A stretch of 63,630 bases of DNA, filler included. It is 5 parts of 5 records of this genome, joined end to end, with 100 filler letters (N's around TTAATTAATTAA, not from the genome) between each part and the next. Parts side by side here need not be neighbours in the genome. Positions count along the whole stretch, not along the records: positions 8,510 to 19,547 come from SRR31156797_11423; positions 19,648 to 40,260 come from SRR31156797_11453; 3 more parts are not named here. The stretch is one strand, 5' to 3'. Positions 17,355-27,734 of this stretch are shown here, in pieces (within the stretch, counting starts at the first letter, position 1; each line of letters starts with the position of its first letter). Both the position numbers and the translations under genes were made by a program. The notes beneath the pieces are model-generated. The model ran no database searches. It was not told the DNA's origin and saw nothing but the letters and a program-made list of their open reading frames with translations.

Positions 17355-19355
17355 TTAATTGCGCGACATCATGGCTGCAATTCCTCCTCCGTTTTTAACG
17401 TTTGAAAATCCACGGCTTTCCAGTATTTGTTTGGCATAAGCCGAACGTGCACCGGAAGCACAGTAAACAATGATTTCTCTATTAGGCTCGCCTAAATCTG
17501 CTCTGTTGGCCATAATATCATCCAAAGGAATATTTACGGCTTCAGGGAATGCACCTCCCATAAACTCCTCACGGGTTCTAACATCTACAATCACTCTGGC
17601 ATTTTGGTCTACTTTTTCTTCCTGTGCTGCTTCTGGCTTTTCTTCCTCTGCATGATCTTCAATTAGTTTATCTTCAATAGGAAGAATACCAATCTGCAAA
17701 TGATTAAAACCAACGGTAATAGCTTGCCTTTGTAAAGAGGTGTGACCACCTGAAATATTAACCACCTTTTTGTATCCGGCTCCAACCAGCGTTCTTAATG
17801 CCTGGTGACCTTTTTTCCCGGTTTCATCATACACAATAATTAATCGGTCTGCAGGCAATTCACTTACATGCTCAGCCAATAGCTCCAATGGAATATTAAC
17901 GGCTCCTTCTACATGACTTTTACGGAATGCAAAAACATCACGCACGTCAATAAATAAATGGCTCTTACCTTCAATCAGTTGATCTAATTCAGATACAGTA
18001 ACCGATGGACTAAAACCAGACATTTTGTTTTCAGCTGTATAAGCAGCCATGTTCATCGCATCATTGGCAGTTCCAATTGGTGGTGAATAAGCAAAATCGA
18101 TATCCGCTAAATCGCTAACGGTTAATTTAGCCGCTGTAGCAGTAGCAATAATATCCAATCGTTTATCCGCACCCTTGTATCCAGCTGTTTGTCCTCCTAG
18201 TATAATACCTGTTTTTTTATCGAATACCACCAATACCGAAACCGTTTCTGCACCCGGATAATATGAGGTATGATGTTCCTTATGAACGACAACCGCATCC
18301 GCATCAATACCGGCTGCTTTGGCTTGTTTCAACGATAATCCGGTTGTTCCGGCAACAGCCTCAAACACACGAACCACAGAAGTGCCAATAGCACCTTTGT
18401 AGGCATGATCTCCGCCTAAAGCATTCTCAGCAGCAATACGTCCTTGTCTGTTTGCTGGTCCTGCCAAAGGAATACGAACTTTTTTATTGAACACACGATG
18501 CTCCAGTTCAATCATATCTCCAGCCGCATAAATGTTATCGTCAGATGTTTTAAGTCTGTCATTTACCAGTAAACCACCTGCTTCACCAATCGCCAAACCA
18601 GCGTCAATGGCTAATTGTAATGTTGGTCGTACCCCAATGGATAATAAAACCATATCTGCTTCCAGTTCTTTACCATTGTCCAGAATAACAGAATCAGGAT
18701 GGATTTCAGTAACGCCGGAGTTGGTATGCACACCCACGCCATACGAATGCAACTCTCGCTCTATAAAACCAGCTGTTTCGGCTTCCATAATGGACATAAC
18801 GTGAGGCATTTTTTCAACCACGCTTACTTTTAAGCCTCTTTTTACAAGCGCTTCTACCATCTCCAAACCAATAAAACCACCACCTACAACAACAGCTGTT
18901 TTAGGATTGCGTTCTTCCAGGTGATAGGTAATCTTATCCATATCCTCCAGTGTCCAAAGTGTAAACACATGGTCGTTATTGGCTCCCGGAAGATCAGGTG
19001 CAATTGGACGTCCGCCCTGAGCTAAAATCAGTTTGGTGTATTCAAATTCTTTGTGTTCACCGCTTCTTCCATCAATCGCTTTAATCACTTTGTTTTCTCT
19101 TTCGATGGAAGTTACAATGGTATGTATATGCACTTCAACGGCATATTGCTCGTTAAAGCTTTCGGGGCTTTGTAATATCAGTTTCGAACGACTTTTAATA
19201 TCGCCGGCTATATAATAAGGTAATCCACAGTTGGCAAATGAAATATCCGGACCTGCTTCAAGCATCGTAATTTTTGCATCCGGTGATAATCTTCTTGCTT
19301 TGGCTGCTGCTGTTGCTCCTGCAGCAACCCCTCCGATAATGATAATTTTTTCCAT
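17355..19355 (-). CDS. CoA-disulfide reductase with two rhodanese domains (Npsr-like)
   Basis: GGVAAG, SFANCGLPY, GGGFIGLE and AYSPP motifs; rhodanese loops YDETGKKG and YCASGARS. Confidence 0.88.
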   Translation of the reverse strand: MEKIIIIGGVAAGATAAAKARRLSPDAKITMLEAGPDISFANCGLPYYIAGDIKSRSKLILQSPESFNEQYAVEVHIHTIVTSIERENKVIKAIDGRSGEHKEFEYTKLILAQGGRPIAPDLPGANNDHVFTLWTLEDMDKITYHLEERNPKTAVVVGGGFIGLEMVEALVKRGLKVSVVEKMPHVMSIMEAETAGFIERELHSYGVGVHTNSGVTEIHPDSVILDNGKELEADMVLLSIGVRPTLQLAIDAGLAIGEAGGLLVNDRLKTSDDNIYAAGDMIELEHRVFNKKVRIPLAGPANRQGRIAAENALGGDHAYKGAIGTSVVRVFEAVAGTTGLSLKQAKAAGIDADAVVVHKEHHTSYYPGAETVSVLVVFDKKTGIILGGQTAGYKGADKRLDIIATATAAKLTVSDLADIDFAYSPPIGTANDAMNMAAYTAENKMSGFSPSVTVSELDQLIEGKSHLFIDVRDVFAFRKSHVEGAVNIPLELLAEHVSELPADRLIIVYDETGKKGHQALRTLVGAGYKKVVNISGGHTSLQRQAITVGFNHLQIGILPIEDKLIEDHAEEEKPEAAQEEKVDQNARVIVDVRTREEFMGGAFPEAVNIPLDDIMANRADLGEPNREIIVYCASGARSAYAKQILESRGFSNVKNGGGIAAMMSRN

Positions 19356-19488
19356 ATGAATATTTATTTTTTATTATTTACTGTTTTATTCGGAATCCTC
19401 ATATGATTCCTAATTATTATGGTGTCAAAAATAGTAGCCTCTGCCTTCATTCTAAAAGAAATGCAGTTGAAACAGATCCGGTTCTGAA

Positions 19489-19502
19489 TTGATCTTGCTC
19501 AA
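19489..19502. promoter_or_regulatory. Possible FNR/Crp-like box
   Basis: TTGATcttgCTCAA, one mismatch to TTGAT-N4-ATCAA, upstream of the reductase. Confidence 0.3.
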
Positions 19503-19547
19503 CTTTTTTATTGTTATTAACCTGAGTTCGACATAAAATTTCGGATT

Positions 19548-19647
19548 NNNNNNNNNNNNNNNNNNNNNNNNNNNNNNNNNNNNNNNNNNNNTTAATTAAT
19601 TAANNNNNNNNNNNNNNNNNNNNNNNNNNNNNNNNNNNNNNNNNNNN
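19548..19647. other. Artificial contig spacer
   Basis: N run with TTAATTAATTAA. Confidence 0.97.
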
Positions 19648-19672
19648 TATAGGCTTTTTTTCAAGGAGTAAC

Positions 19673-20002
19673 ATGGCATACCTCTATCTCATGCTGGCGA
19701 TCATTTCCGAAGTCATTGCAACATCGGCCCTGAAGGCGTCGGCGGAGTTCACGAAACTCGTGCCCGCCGTGATCGTTGTGATCGGATACGGCTTTTCGTT
19801 TTATTTCATGGCCCTGACCCTGAGAACCATTCCCCTGGGCATTACCTATGCCATCTGGTCGGGGCTGGGTATTGTGATCATCGGCGCCATTGGCGTGGTC
19901 TTTTTCAAGGAGAGCCTGGATCTGCCGGCCATGGTGGGCATGGGGCTGATCATCGCCGGGGTGGTTGTGGTCAACCTCTTCTCAAAGACGGCCGGCCACT
20001 GA
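19673..20002 (+). CDS. SMR family efflux transporter (EmrE-like)
   Basis: 109 aa, four TM segments, conserved Glu in AIISEV, and a YAIWSG motif. Confidence 0.9.
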   Translation: MAYLYLMLAIISEVIATSALKASAEFTKLVPAVIVVIGYGFSFYFMALTLRTIPLGITYAIWSGLGIVIIGAIGVVFFKESLDLPAMVGMGLIIAGVVVVNLFSKTAGH

Positions 20003-20105
20003 CCTTATTTCCCGGTGAAACACCGCTTTTATCGTTCCTTGCACGGTAAAGCGGGTATCCATTCGAGTCCGAATGTTATCGCTGCCAGGCCATGTCCCGG
20101 GGGGA

Positions 20106-20855
20106 TCATGCCGAGGTGGTGGCGGAGATTTTTGCGGAGATCTCATGGCCCAGGGCCATGATCTTTTTGATCACTTCGGGCTGGTTGTCGCTGAACACCT
20201 TGAGGCCGGAGAAGCTCACCGCCGCAAGCACCCGTTCATGGTCGAAGATGGGGACGCTGATGCAGAAAAAGTGGTCGGTGTACTCTTCGTTGTCAATGCC
20301 GTATCCCCGGGCCTTTGTCAGTTTCAGCTCCTCCTGGAGCCCTGCCTTGTCCGTGATGGTTGCTTCCGTGAATTTCGTAAATTCCATGTTTTCGATGAGC
20401 CGTTCCCGCTCTTTTGAATCGAGGTTGGCAAGGATCACCTTGCCCGAGGCGGAAGCGTGCATGGCGCCGTTCAGGTCCACGGGCCGGGACTGGACATAGG
20501 ATTTGAGGGGATCGTACTGGAACACGTAGTTGAGCACCCCGTCTTCGTAGAGGATCAGGGAGACCGACAGCTGGATCTCTTCGGCCAGCTGGGTCAGGCT
20601 TTCCTTGGCCACACTGTAGAGATCCTTGGTCCGGATATAGGCGCATCCGATCTTATAGGCGTGGAAACCGATGGTAAAGCGCTTGTTGTCCTGGCGGAGC
20701 ATGTGGATGCTCTTGAGGGTGTGAACGATGTCAAATACGCTGGTCTTGGGCAGTTCCAGGTGTTTGACGATTTCCGAAAGGGTCAGCCCGTCTTCATGTT
20801 CCGTGAGCAGGTCCATGATTTGAACCACCCGGAGAGCCGTTCTGTTCTGTTTCAT
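20106..20855 (-). CDS. IclR family transcriptional regulator
   Basis: HTH LTLSEIVKHLELPKTSV, HASASGKVILA and RGYGIDNEE motifs. Start set at MKQNRT. Confidence 0.9.
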   Translation of the reverse strand: MKQNRTALRVVQIMDLLTEHEDGLTLSEIVKHLELPKTSVFDIVHTLKSIHMLRQDNKRFTIGFHAYKIGCAYIRTKDLYSVAKESLTQLAEEIQLSVSLILYEDGVLNYVFQYDPLKSYVQSRPVDLNGAMHASASGKVILANLDSKERERLIENMEFTKFTEATITDKAGLQEELKLTKARGYGIDNEEYTDHFFCISVPIFDHERVLAAVSFSGLKVFSDNQPEVIKKIMALGHEISAKISATTSA

Positions 20856-20995
20856 GAATGTTTTCCTAGTGCCAAGGCAGTAATGGCGGTCCAGGGTGGT
20901 TGCTGGATCGCTGCCGGCTGTTTCTTGGTTAATGTTGATGATAAATGCCCGATGTTCCAATGAAAAGGCATTGGCTACGGTTTCTATACTTAGCA

Positions 20996-21011
20996 ATTCG
21001 GATATTCGAAT
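20996..21011. promoter_or_regulatory. Putative IclR operator upstream of the IclR gene
   Basis: Near-perfect palindrome ATTCGgATATtCGAAT, related to the boxes at 30394-30504. Confidence 0.55.
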
Positions 21012-21069
21012 GCAAGGACAAAAATGGGAATTTATTGCTTTTTCTTCTTGTATGAGACAAATGTAAAGG

Positions 21070-21121
21070 AAAAAGGAGAGGGGGAAAAGGGGCGTTTCCC
21101 CTTTTCGCCCCTCTCCTTTTT
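21070..21121 (-). terminator. Intrinsic (possibly bidirectional) terminator after the BCCT gene
   Basis: AAAAGGAGAGGGG...CCCCTCTCCTTTT long stem. Confidence 0.8.
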
Positions 21122-21138
21122 ATGGGTGAACCGTTGTC

Positions 21139-22731
21139 TCAGGCGGCCATCTTTTCGATTGACACGGGGTGTTCCTTTTTCTCTCCGTTCTCATATTCCA
21201 CCTGTTGGAGAACCGGTGGGGAAACGATTTCGCCAAAGTCTTCCTTGATGCTTTTCATGAAGGACCAGACCATCACCAGCAGGGCAAACATCAGGGGAAA
21301 GGCCAGGACGATGGAGGATGCCTGGATCACCTTCAAGCCGCCGATGGAGAACATCATCACGGCCATCAAAGCAAGAATCATGGCCCACAGCAGGCGGTTC
21401 CAGCGGGCGGGTTCCTCTTCGCTCCGGAGCTCTTTTGTGGAGACCGAGGCCAGGATATAGGCCGAGGAGTCCAGGGTGGTGGCCAGGAAGACGAACATCA
21501 ATACCACGAAAAGCGGCAGCAGATAACTGCCGAAGGGCAGGGACTCGAGTATGGTGGTGATGGCCTGGGCCGCGCCCTGCTCCGCCATCAACGCGGTCAT
21601 GGACTGGGCGCCGTAGAGCTCGATATTGAGGGAGTAGCACCCGAAAACGGCAAAGTAAATCCAGCAGCCAAGGGGCCCCCAGATGCACATGCCCATGATC
21701 AGCTCCCGGATGGTCCTGCCCCTGGAGATGCGGGCCACAAAGAGGCCCATCATGGGGGAGTAGCCAACGGCCCAGGCCCAGTAGAAGATGGTCCAGGACT
21801 GGGGAAATTCGCTTTTGGCAACCGGATCGGTCCAGAGGCTCATGCGGAAATAGTTGTCGAACATGAGGCTCAGGCTGTTGGTAAAGGTGTTGAGGATAAA
21901 GGCCGTGGGCCCGGCCACCAGGACGAAGAGGGCCAGGGCCAGGGCCAGACCGATGTTCAGGTCGCTCAGGCGCGCGATTCCCTTTTTGAGACCCAGGCAG
22001 ACGCTGGTGCCGAAAATCACCGACCAGATCACCAGGATACCGATGTTGAGCCAGAAACTCTGGGGAATGTGGAAAATCCGGCCGATGCAGGCGGCGATCA
22101 TGGGGGTGCCCAGCCCCAGGGAGGTGCCCACCCCGCCGATGATCCCGAACATCACTGCCACGTCCATGGCTTTGCCGATGGGACCGTTCACATGTTTGCC
22201 CAGCACGCTCCTGGAGGCGATGCTCAGGGTGAGCCGGGTCTCCTTCCTTATATAATAGGCGTAGGCAATGGGGATGGTGGCGATGGTGTACCAGGACCAG
22301 CAGGTGATGCCCCAGTGGAAGGCGCCGTAGGTGGCGGCCCATTCCGCCGCTTCATGGGACCCCGGGGAAAGACCGAAGGGCGGACTCTGCATGTAGTAGA
22401 TGGGTTCGATGATGGACCAGTAGACCAGGCTCGACCCGATACCGGCGCAGAAGAGCATGGAGATCCAGGTGAAGGTGGAGAATTCGGGTTTTTCGGTGGG
22501 GCTGCCGAATTTGACATTGCCGTACCGGCCCATGGCAAGCCACAAAAGCAGGGCGGCCATGGCAAGGCCCACCACCAGGTAGGACCATCCGAAGTTGTTA
22601 ACGATCCAGGACATGATCCCGTTGACGGCCTTGCCGGTGGCGTCGGGCCGGATGATGGAAGCCGTGCACATGGAGAGGATGATCACAAGGGAGGGCCAGA
22701 AGATGTGCGGGTCAATTTTCGAGTTTTTCAT
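21139..22731 (-). CDS. BCCT family transporter
   Basis: KPEFSTFTWISMLF, FHWG, WTIFYWAW, ARISRGRTIRE and TTLDS motifs. Start set at MKNSKID. Confidence 0.92.
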   Translation of the reverse strand: MKNSKIDPHIFWPSLVIILSMCTASIIRPDATGKAVNGIMSWIVNNFGWSYLVVGLAMAALLLWLAMGRYGNVKFGSPTEKPEFSTFTWISMLFCAGIGSSLVYWSIIEPIYYMQSPPFGLSPGSHEAAEWAATYGAFHWGITCWSWYTIATIPIAYAYYIRKETRLTLSIASRSVLGKHVNGPIGKAMDVAVMFGIIGGVGTSLGLGTPMIAACIGRIFHIPQSFWLNIGILVIWSVIFGTSVCLGLKKGIARLSDLNIGLALALALFVLVAGPTAFILNTFTNSLSLMFDNYFRMSLWTDPVAKSEFPQSWTIFYWAWAVGYSPMMGLFVARISRGRTIRELIMGMCIWGPLGCWIYFAVFGCYSLNIELYGAQSMTALMAEQGAAQAITTILESLPFGSYLLPLFVVLMFVFLATTLDSSAYILASVSTKELRSEEEPARWNRLLWAMILALMAVMMFSIGGLKVIQASSIVLAFPLMFALLVMVWSFMKSIKEDFGEIVSPPVLQQVEYENGEKKEHPVSIEKMAA

Positions 22732-22943
22732 GACACTATTCCTTTTTCCAGGCATGGAACCGGGGAAGGGGGCCGTAAAGGCTCGATTCTGTAGAAAAAG
22801 GATGCGCCGGGCCATACCGTTAATGGGCGAAAATCGGGTCCCGGGCAGGGGCATGGAATTGCCCCCTGTCCGGGGCTGTATGCATTATCCGCGGGGGAAC
22901 AGACAGGAGGGCGTCTGTTCCCCCAGGGATAACATGGGTGATC

Positions 22944-24212
22944 TTAAGCCGTCTCAAGTGCGATTTTACCGGACTCCATGGCCTCCACCTTCCTGCAGTG
23001 GCGCAGGATGGCGTAGGCGGCGCAGGTGCCCACAAAGGCCACCACGGCGAGATAGATGAAGATGTAGGTGTAACCGGTGTTGCCGTAGTTGTCCAGCCAG
23101 GTGCCGAACATGGCGGACATGAACAGGTCCGGGGTGTAGCCCGTGATGGAGGCGATACCCACGGCGGTGCCGGTCACGGCCAGGGGGATCTTTGCTTCGT
23201 CCACGATGGAGAAGAGCACGCCGTAGAGGGCAAGGCCCACGGCCCCCGGCAGCAGGGTGAAGACGCTGACAAAGAAGGGGGACGCGGTTGCGGGGATCTT
23301 CATGACGCCGATGAACATGAGGGCCAGAATGGTGAAGGCGGTCATGAACCATTTGCTGGTGGATTTGAACACCTTGTCGGCCAGGAACCCGCCCACCGGT
23401 GCCAGCAGCATGAAAATATAGGTCCGGATGATGGAGAAGATGCCCGAATCCTCAGGGGAGACACCGATGACATTGGTGAGATAGGGGGTAAAGTAGGTGG
23501 TGGAGGAGTACATGGTGTAGCCGCAGAAGATCACCAGGGAGAAAAGCCATACAACCGGGTTCTTGATCAGCACCTTGACATCCGCAAGCTTGATCTTGTC
23601 TTCGTCCGACACGCCGTCTTCGGCTTTGTCGCTTTTCAGGATGAACATCACCATCACCGCTGCCACGGCCGTGGACAGGCCGATGACGGTAACAGCGTTG
23701 AACAGGCTTCCCTTTGCCGTGGTGGCCAGGCCCGAGGCCCACAGGGCCGCCGAGTTGCCAACGGCCCCGGCAATGCCGTTACCCGCATAATAGAGGCCGA
23801 AGATGAACCCCTGCTCATCGTCGCCCGCCGTCATGCGGATGGTCTTCATGAGGGAGCTCCAGAAAACAAAAGTGGTTGTTACGGCAAATAACAACCAGAT
23901 CAGGAGCGCGATATTGAAACTCATTGTAAAGGTGAAAGCGTGTATGAAGGTGAGGATGGTGGTGGAGATGAGGGAGAAGAGGATACACTTTTTGGCCGAT
24001 AACCGGTCGGCCATCATCCCCCCGGGTATGTACAGCAGCATGGTGCCGGCGGCGAAAACCGAGAGAAGCAAGCCGGACTGTTGGTTGGTGATCCCCATTG
24101 CCTCTATCTGGTAATCGTAGAACACATATTTTATATAAGGTATCAAGTAGATCGAACCGCCACTAATTGATAATGCCAATACCGTTAGATATTTCCGTAG
24201 TTTATTGTCCAT
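22944..24212 (-). CDS. MFS transporter
   Basis: GGMMADR and GGFLADK motifs, about 12 TM segments. Start set at MDNKLR. Confidence 0.85.
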   Translation of the reverse strand: MDNKLRKYLTVLALSISGGSIYLIPYIKYVFYDYQIEAMGITNQQSGLLLSVFAAGTMLLYIPGGMMADRLSAKKCILFSLISTTILTFIHAFTFTMSFNIALLIWLLFAVTTTFVFWSSLMKTIRMTAGDDEQGFIFGLYYAGNGIAGAVGNSAALWASGLATTAKGSLFNAVTVIGLSTAVAAVMVMFILKSDKAEDGVSDEDKIKLADVKVLIKNPVVWLFSLVIFCGYTMYSSTTYFTPYLTNVIGVSPEDSGIFSIIRTYIFMLLAPVGGFLADKVFKSTSKWFMTAFTILALMFIGVMKIPATASPFFVSVFTLLPGAVGLALYGVLFSIVDEAKIPLAVTGTAVGIASITGYTPDLFMSAMFGTWLDNYGNTGYTYIFIYLAVVAFVGTCAAYAILRHCRKVEAMESGKIALETA

Positions 24213-24359
24213 AATACCCTTCTCAATGTTATTATTGGTTAATAATGCGTCACATCTCAATGGTGGTGTCGGGGTCAGACCCGTCCGGGGATCGCCGGCC
24301 GGCCGGCTTCGTTGGCTTCCGGCCGGCGATCCTCCTATGGGGTCTGACGCGTATCTGGC

Positions 24360-25508
24360 TTAGTTGTCCGGCGTATCAAAGACATCGGGAGCAAAGAGTT
24401 CCCGTGCGGCCTGGCGCTGGGTTTTGCCTTCGGCTTTGGCCTTTTCAAAGACCCGCTTCATCTGCCGTCTGATGATGGAGGTGGTGTCGTTGACAATGTC
24501 TTCGGGAACAGGCTCGATGATGCCGAAGACCAGTGCCTCGTAGATGCGGATGCCGCCCATGTTGTCGATGAAGTCAACGGCGATGTCCACACCCATTTTT
24601 TCAAGGATCTCGTCCGCCTCGGGGGTGACGGGGATGTTGGCCGCCTCGCAGATGAGGGAGGCCTTGACCTTGTGGGCGTTGTCCTTGTTGATTACGTCTT
24701 CCAGGGCGGCGGGAACGAGGATGTCGCACTCAACGTCCAGCCATTCGGTGTTGGACCGGGTGATGTAGTTGTCCTCAAAGGCCGCAGGGTCCATCTCGCC
24801 CTTGGGAAGGCGGGTCTTGACCAGTTTCTTCACGTCCAGGCCGTCCTGGCACTCGACCATGCCGTTGGCGTCCGCGATGCCAACGACCTTGTAGCCCATC
24901 TTGTCCAGGCAGAAGGCCATGCTGGCGCCGGCGCAGCCGAATCCCTGGAGAACGACCTTGGCGCCCTTTTTGCCGTTCTTGAATGTCCACGCCTCGTCCA
25001 GGCCGTGGGCGCAGCCGTAACCGGTGATCATGTCGTACATGAGGAACCCGTCATAGGTCATGTCGCAGGCATCGTCATGGTTCTTGATCCACTGCTGGAA
25101 CTTGGGATCGTTTTTCATCTCCTTGGTCTGGGGAAGGCCCACACCCAGGTCGTCCAGGATGGCGAGAACGTCTGCGTAGTCGACACCCAGGTCGCCGCCG
25201 ATGGAAACACCGGAGGTGATGTAGGGCAGCATGGCGGTGAGGTACCGTCTCAATACGTCCTTGGAATCCGGCGCCTTGGAGTCATAGGCAATACCGCCCT
25301 TGCAGCCGCCGGTGGTGACGGACTCGCAGGCCTTGTACTTGTAACCCATGGTGGTGGCGAGACGGATCACCTCTTCCTTGGTGACGGTGGGATGCATCCG
25401 GGTGCCGCCGCCGCAGTAGTGGTTTACGAAGTTGTAGGCACACAGCCAGCCTTTTGCTGAACTTTCGGTATCATTCCACTCGACTACGATGTAAGGTTTC
25501 TTTTCCAT
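24360..25508 (-). CDS. Glu/Leu/Phe/Val dehydrogenase family protein
   Basis: GGTRM, GGCKGG, QGFGCAG (NAD binding), PAALE and EAAN motifs. Confidence 0.88.
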   Translation of the reverse strand: MEKKPYIVVEWNDTESSAKGWLCAYNFVNHYCGGGTRMHPTVTKEEVIRLATTMGYKYKACESVTTGGCKGGIAYDSKAPDSKDVLRRYLTAMLPYITSGVSIGGDLGVDYADVLAILDDLGVGLPQTKEMKNDPKFQQWIKNHDDACDMTYDGFLMYDMITGYGCAHGLDEAWTFKNGKKGAKVVLQGFGCAGASMAFCLDKMGYKVVGIADANGMVECQDGLDVKKLVKTRLPKGEMDPAAFEDNYITRSNTEWLDVECDILVPAALEDVINKDNAHKVKASLICEAANIPVTPEADEILEKMGVDIAVDFIDNMGGIRIYEALVFGIIEPVPEDIVNDTTSIIRRQMKRVFEKAKAEGKTQRQAARELFAPDVFDTPDN

Positions 25509-25610
25509 TTTATTGTCTCCTGATAATAACGTGTGTTTTAAAAAAACGATTACAAGTCTGAAGTATCGGTTTTCCGATTTTTCTTCAGCCGGTCAGGGTT
25601 TCAGCTAAAA

Positions 25611-27701
25611 CTAAGCCTTGACCACCAGTGCATCGGCTGCGCATACGCCTTTGCCCTGCTCATATATGAAGACCGGGTTGATGTCCAGCTCCCGGATCGT
25701 CTCCTTGTTGTCGGCCGCAAGCTCGGCCACCCGGGCAATGGTGGTTGCCAGGGCTTCGATGTCCAGGGGCGCGTTGCCCCGGTATCCCTCGAACAGGGGC
25801 AGTGCCTTGAGCTCGCGCACCATGGCTTCGGCCTCTGTTTTACCGAAGGGCGCGGGCAAAAGGGCTGTGTCTTTGAATATCTCCACAAACACCCCGCCCA
25901 GGCCGCAGAGGACGGCCGGGCCGAACTGGGGGTCGTTGTTCACCCCGATGATCGCCTCGAGTCCCGGTTCCAGCATGTGCTGGACAAACACTCCGTCCAC
26001 CTGTGCGTTTGGGGCCTTTGCCTTGGCCTTGGCCATGATCTCGTCATAGGCCTTGCGAACCGCGTCCCCATCCTTGAGGTGGAGCTTGACACCGCCCATG
26101 TCGGACTTGTGGGGGATATCGGCGGAGGCCACCTTGAGCACCACGGGAAAGCCTACCCGCTCCGCCGTTGCCACGGCCTCGTCCGCGCTGGCGGCCACAT
26201 CTCCCTCGGGCACGGTGATGCCGTACTCCCGGCAGAGCCGCATGCTGTCAAACTCGGACAGGGTTTTTGCTTCGTCCAGTTCGGCGGCCTCGGGCACGGC
26301 GATCTCCAGGGTGTGGGCGTCAGGATTGTAGGCCAGGTACTCCTTGAGATACTTGAGGGCCGCAAATCCGTACACCGGCGGCGGCAGCACCGGCACCCCG
26401 AGTTTTTCGAGCCTTTCCCTGTATTCGGGGTTTCGGGTGTTTTCCAGGAAGGGCATCATCACCATGGGTTTTGTACGCCCCTTGGCTACCACCTTTTCGA
26501 TACCCTCGGTCATGTAGTGGATGCAGGGGTCTGCGATCTCCATGAGCAGGGTGTATCCGATGATCACAAGGCCCACCCCGGGATCGTCCATGACCGCCTG
26601 GAGTGTGTCTGCATACACGTCGGCGTCATAGGAGATGGTGGCCGTGGTGTCCAGGGGGTTGGCCGGGCTTGCATAGCTCGGCAGGAGTTCCCGGAGACGG
26701 GCCACGGTTTCCGGGGTGAAGTCCGGATACGGTATTTCAAAGGCTTCGCCAAGGTCGGCACACATGCCTGTCTCACCCCCGGAGAGGTTGATGGAGGCAA
26801 AAGTGGGTTGATTGGGCAGTTCGGGCAGGGTGGAGAAGATCTGGGTCGTTGCCAAGAGCTCTTCCATGTCGTTGACCCGGATCACCCCGAATTTCTTGAA
26901 GATGGCGTCGTACATCCGGTCGGCGCCCGAGAGGCTGCCGGTATGGGAGGCGGCCACCTGGCTGCCCTTTTCGCTGCTGCCCGCCTTGAGGACCACCACG
27001 GGTTTGCGCTTGAGGGCCGCTTTTTTCAACGCTTCGATAAAGCGGTTGGGCTGGGTGACCCCTTCCAGGTAAAGCCCCACCACCTTGGTGCTCTCATCGT
27101 CCACCAGAAAGTGGAGGTAGTCCTCCATGGAGACCACCGAGGCGTTCCCGGCCGAGATGGCGTAGGAGAACTTCATGTTGGGGCTGTCCATGAGGGAGAG
27201 GCAGAGCTGGCCGCTCTGGGAGACCACGCCCACCGCGCCTGTCCGGTCCCGCTCTTCGGAGATGAAGGCAAAGGCGTGGGTGTTCTCGATATAGTTGACA
27301 AAGCCTGCGCAGTTGGGGCCCATGAGGGCCATGTCCAGCTCCTTGCAGAGTTCTTTCAGCTCTTTCTCCGCCTGCCTGCCTTCGTCGGTGCCCACCTCGG
27401 AGTAGCCGCTGGCGTATACCACGGCGCCCCGGGCGCCTTTTTCCCAAGCTTCCCTCAGCACCATTGGAACGATGCGCTGGGGGGTGGAGACAACCACCAT
27501 GTCGATGGCCTCGGGCAGCTCGGCAAGGCTTTTGTAGCACTTTCGGCCGAACACCTCGTCACGTCCGGGATTGACAAAGTAGACATGATCCAGGTTGGCG
27601 TAGGAGAGGATATTGCGGCAGGTATCTCCGCCAAATCCCTCTTTTTCGCTTGCCCCGACAACGGCCATGGCCTTGGGGGATAGTAGTTTGTTTAAATCCA
27701 T
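25611..27701 (-). CDS. ADP-forming acyl-CoA synthetase (fused alpha/beta)
   Basis: GPNC, SQSG, ASHTGSL (phospho-His), NPLD, HKSD and ELDINP motifs. Confidence 0.92.
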   Translation of the reverse strand: MDLNKLLSPKAMAVVGASEKEGFGGDTCRNILSYANLDHVYFVNPGRDEVFGRKCYKSLAELPEAIDMVVVSTPQRIVPMVLREAWEKGARGAVVYASGYSEVGTDEGRQAEKELKELCKELDMALMGPNCAGFVNYIENTHAFAFISEERDRTGAVGVVSQSGQLCLSLMDSPNMKFSYAISAGNASVVSMEDYLHFLVDDESTKVVGLYLEGVTQPNRFIEALKKAALKRKPVVVLKAGSSEKGSQVAASHTGSLSGADRMYDAIFKKFGVIRVNDMEELLATTQIFSTLPELPNQPTFASINLSGGETGMCADLGEAFEIPYPDFTPETVARLRELLPSYASPANPLDTTATISYDADVYADTLQAVMDDPGVGLVIIGYTLLMEIADPCIHYMTEGIEKVVAKGRTKPMVMMPFLENTRNPEYRERLEKLGVPVLPPPVYGFAALKYLKEYLAYNPDAHTLEIAVPEAAELDEAKTLSEFDSMRLCREYGITVPEGDVAASADEAVATAERVGFPVVLKVASADIPHKSDMGGVKLHLKDGDAVRKAYDEIMAKAKAKAPNAQVDGVFVQHMLEPGLEAIIGVNNDPQFGPAVLCGLGGVFVEIFKDTALLPAPFGKTEAEAMVRELKALPLFEGYRGNAPLDIEALATTIARVAELAADNKETIRELDINPVFIYEQGKGVCAADALVVKA

Positions 27702-27734
27702 TTCACTTTACTCCAAAAAAAATCCACGTCCGGA

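Noticed and set aside
20006-20022. parS-like sequence TATTTCCCGGTGAAACA
   Set aside because: Only the right half matches, the spacing is off by one, and it is on a different contig from parAB.
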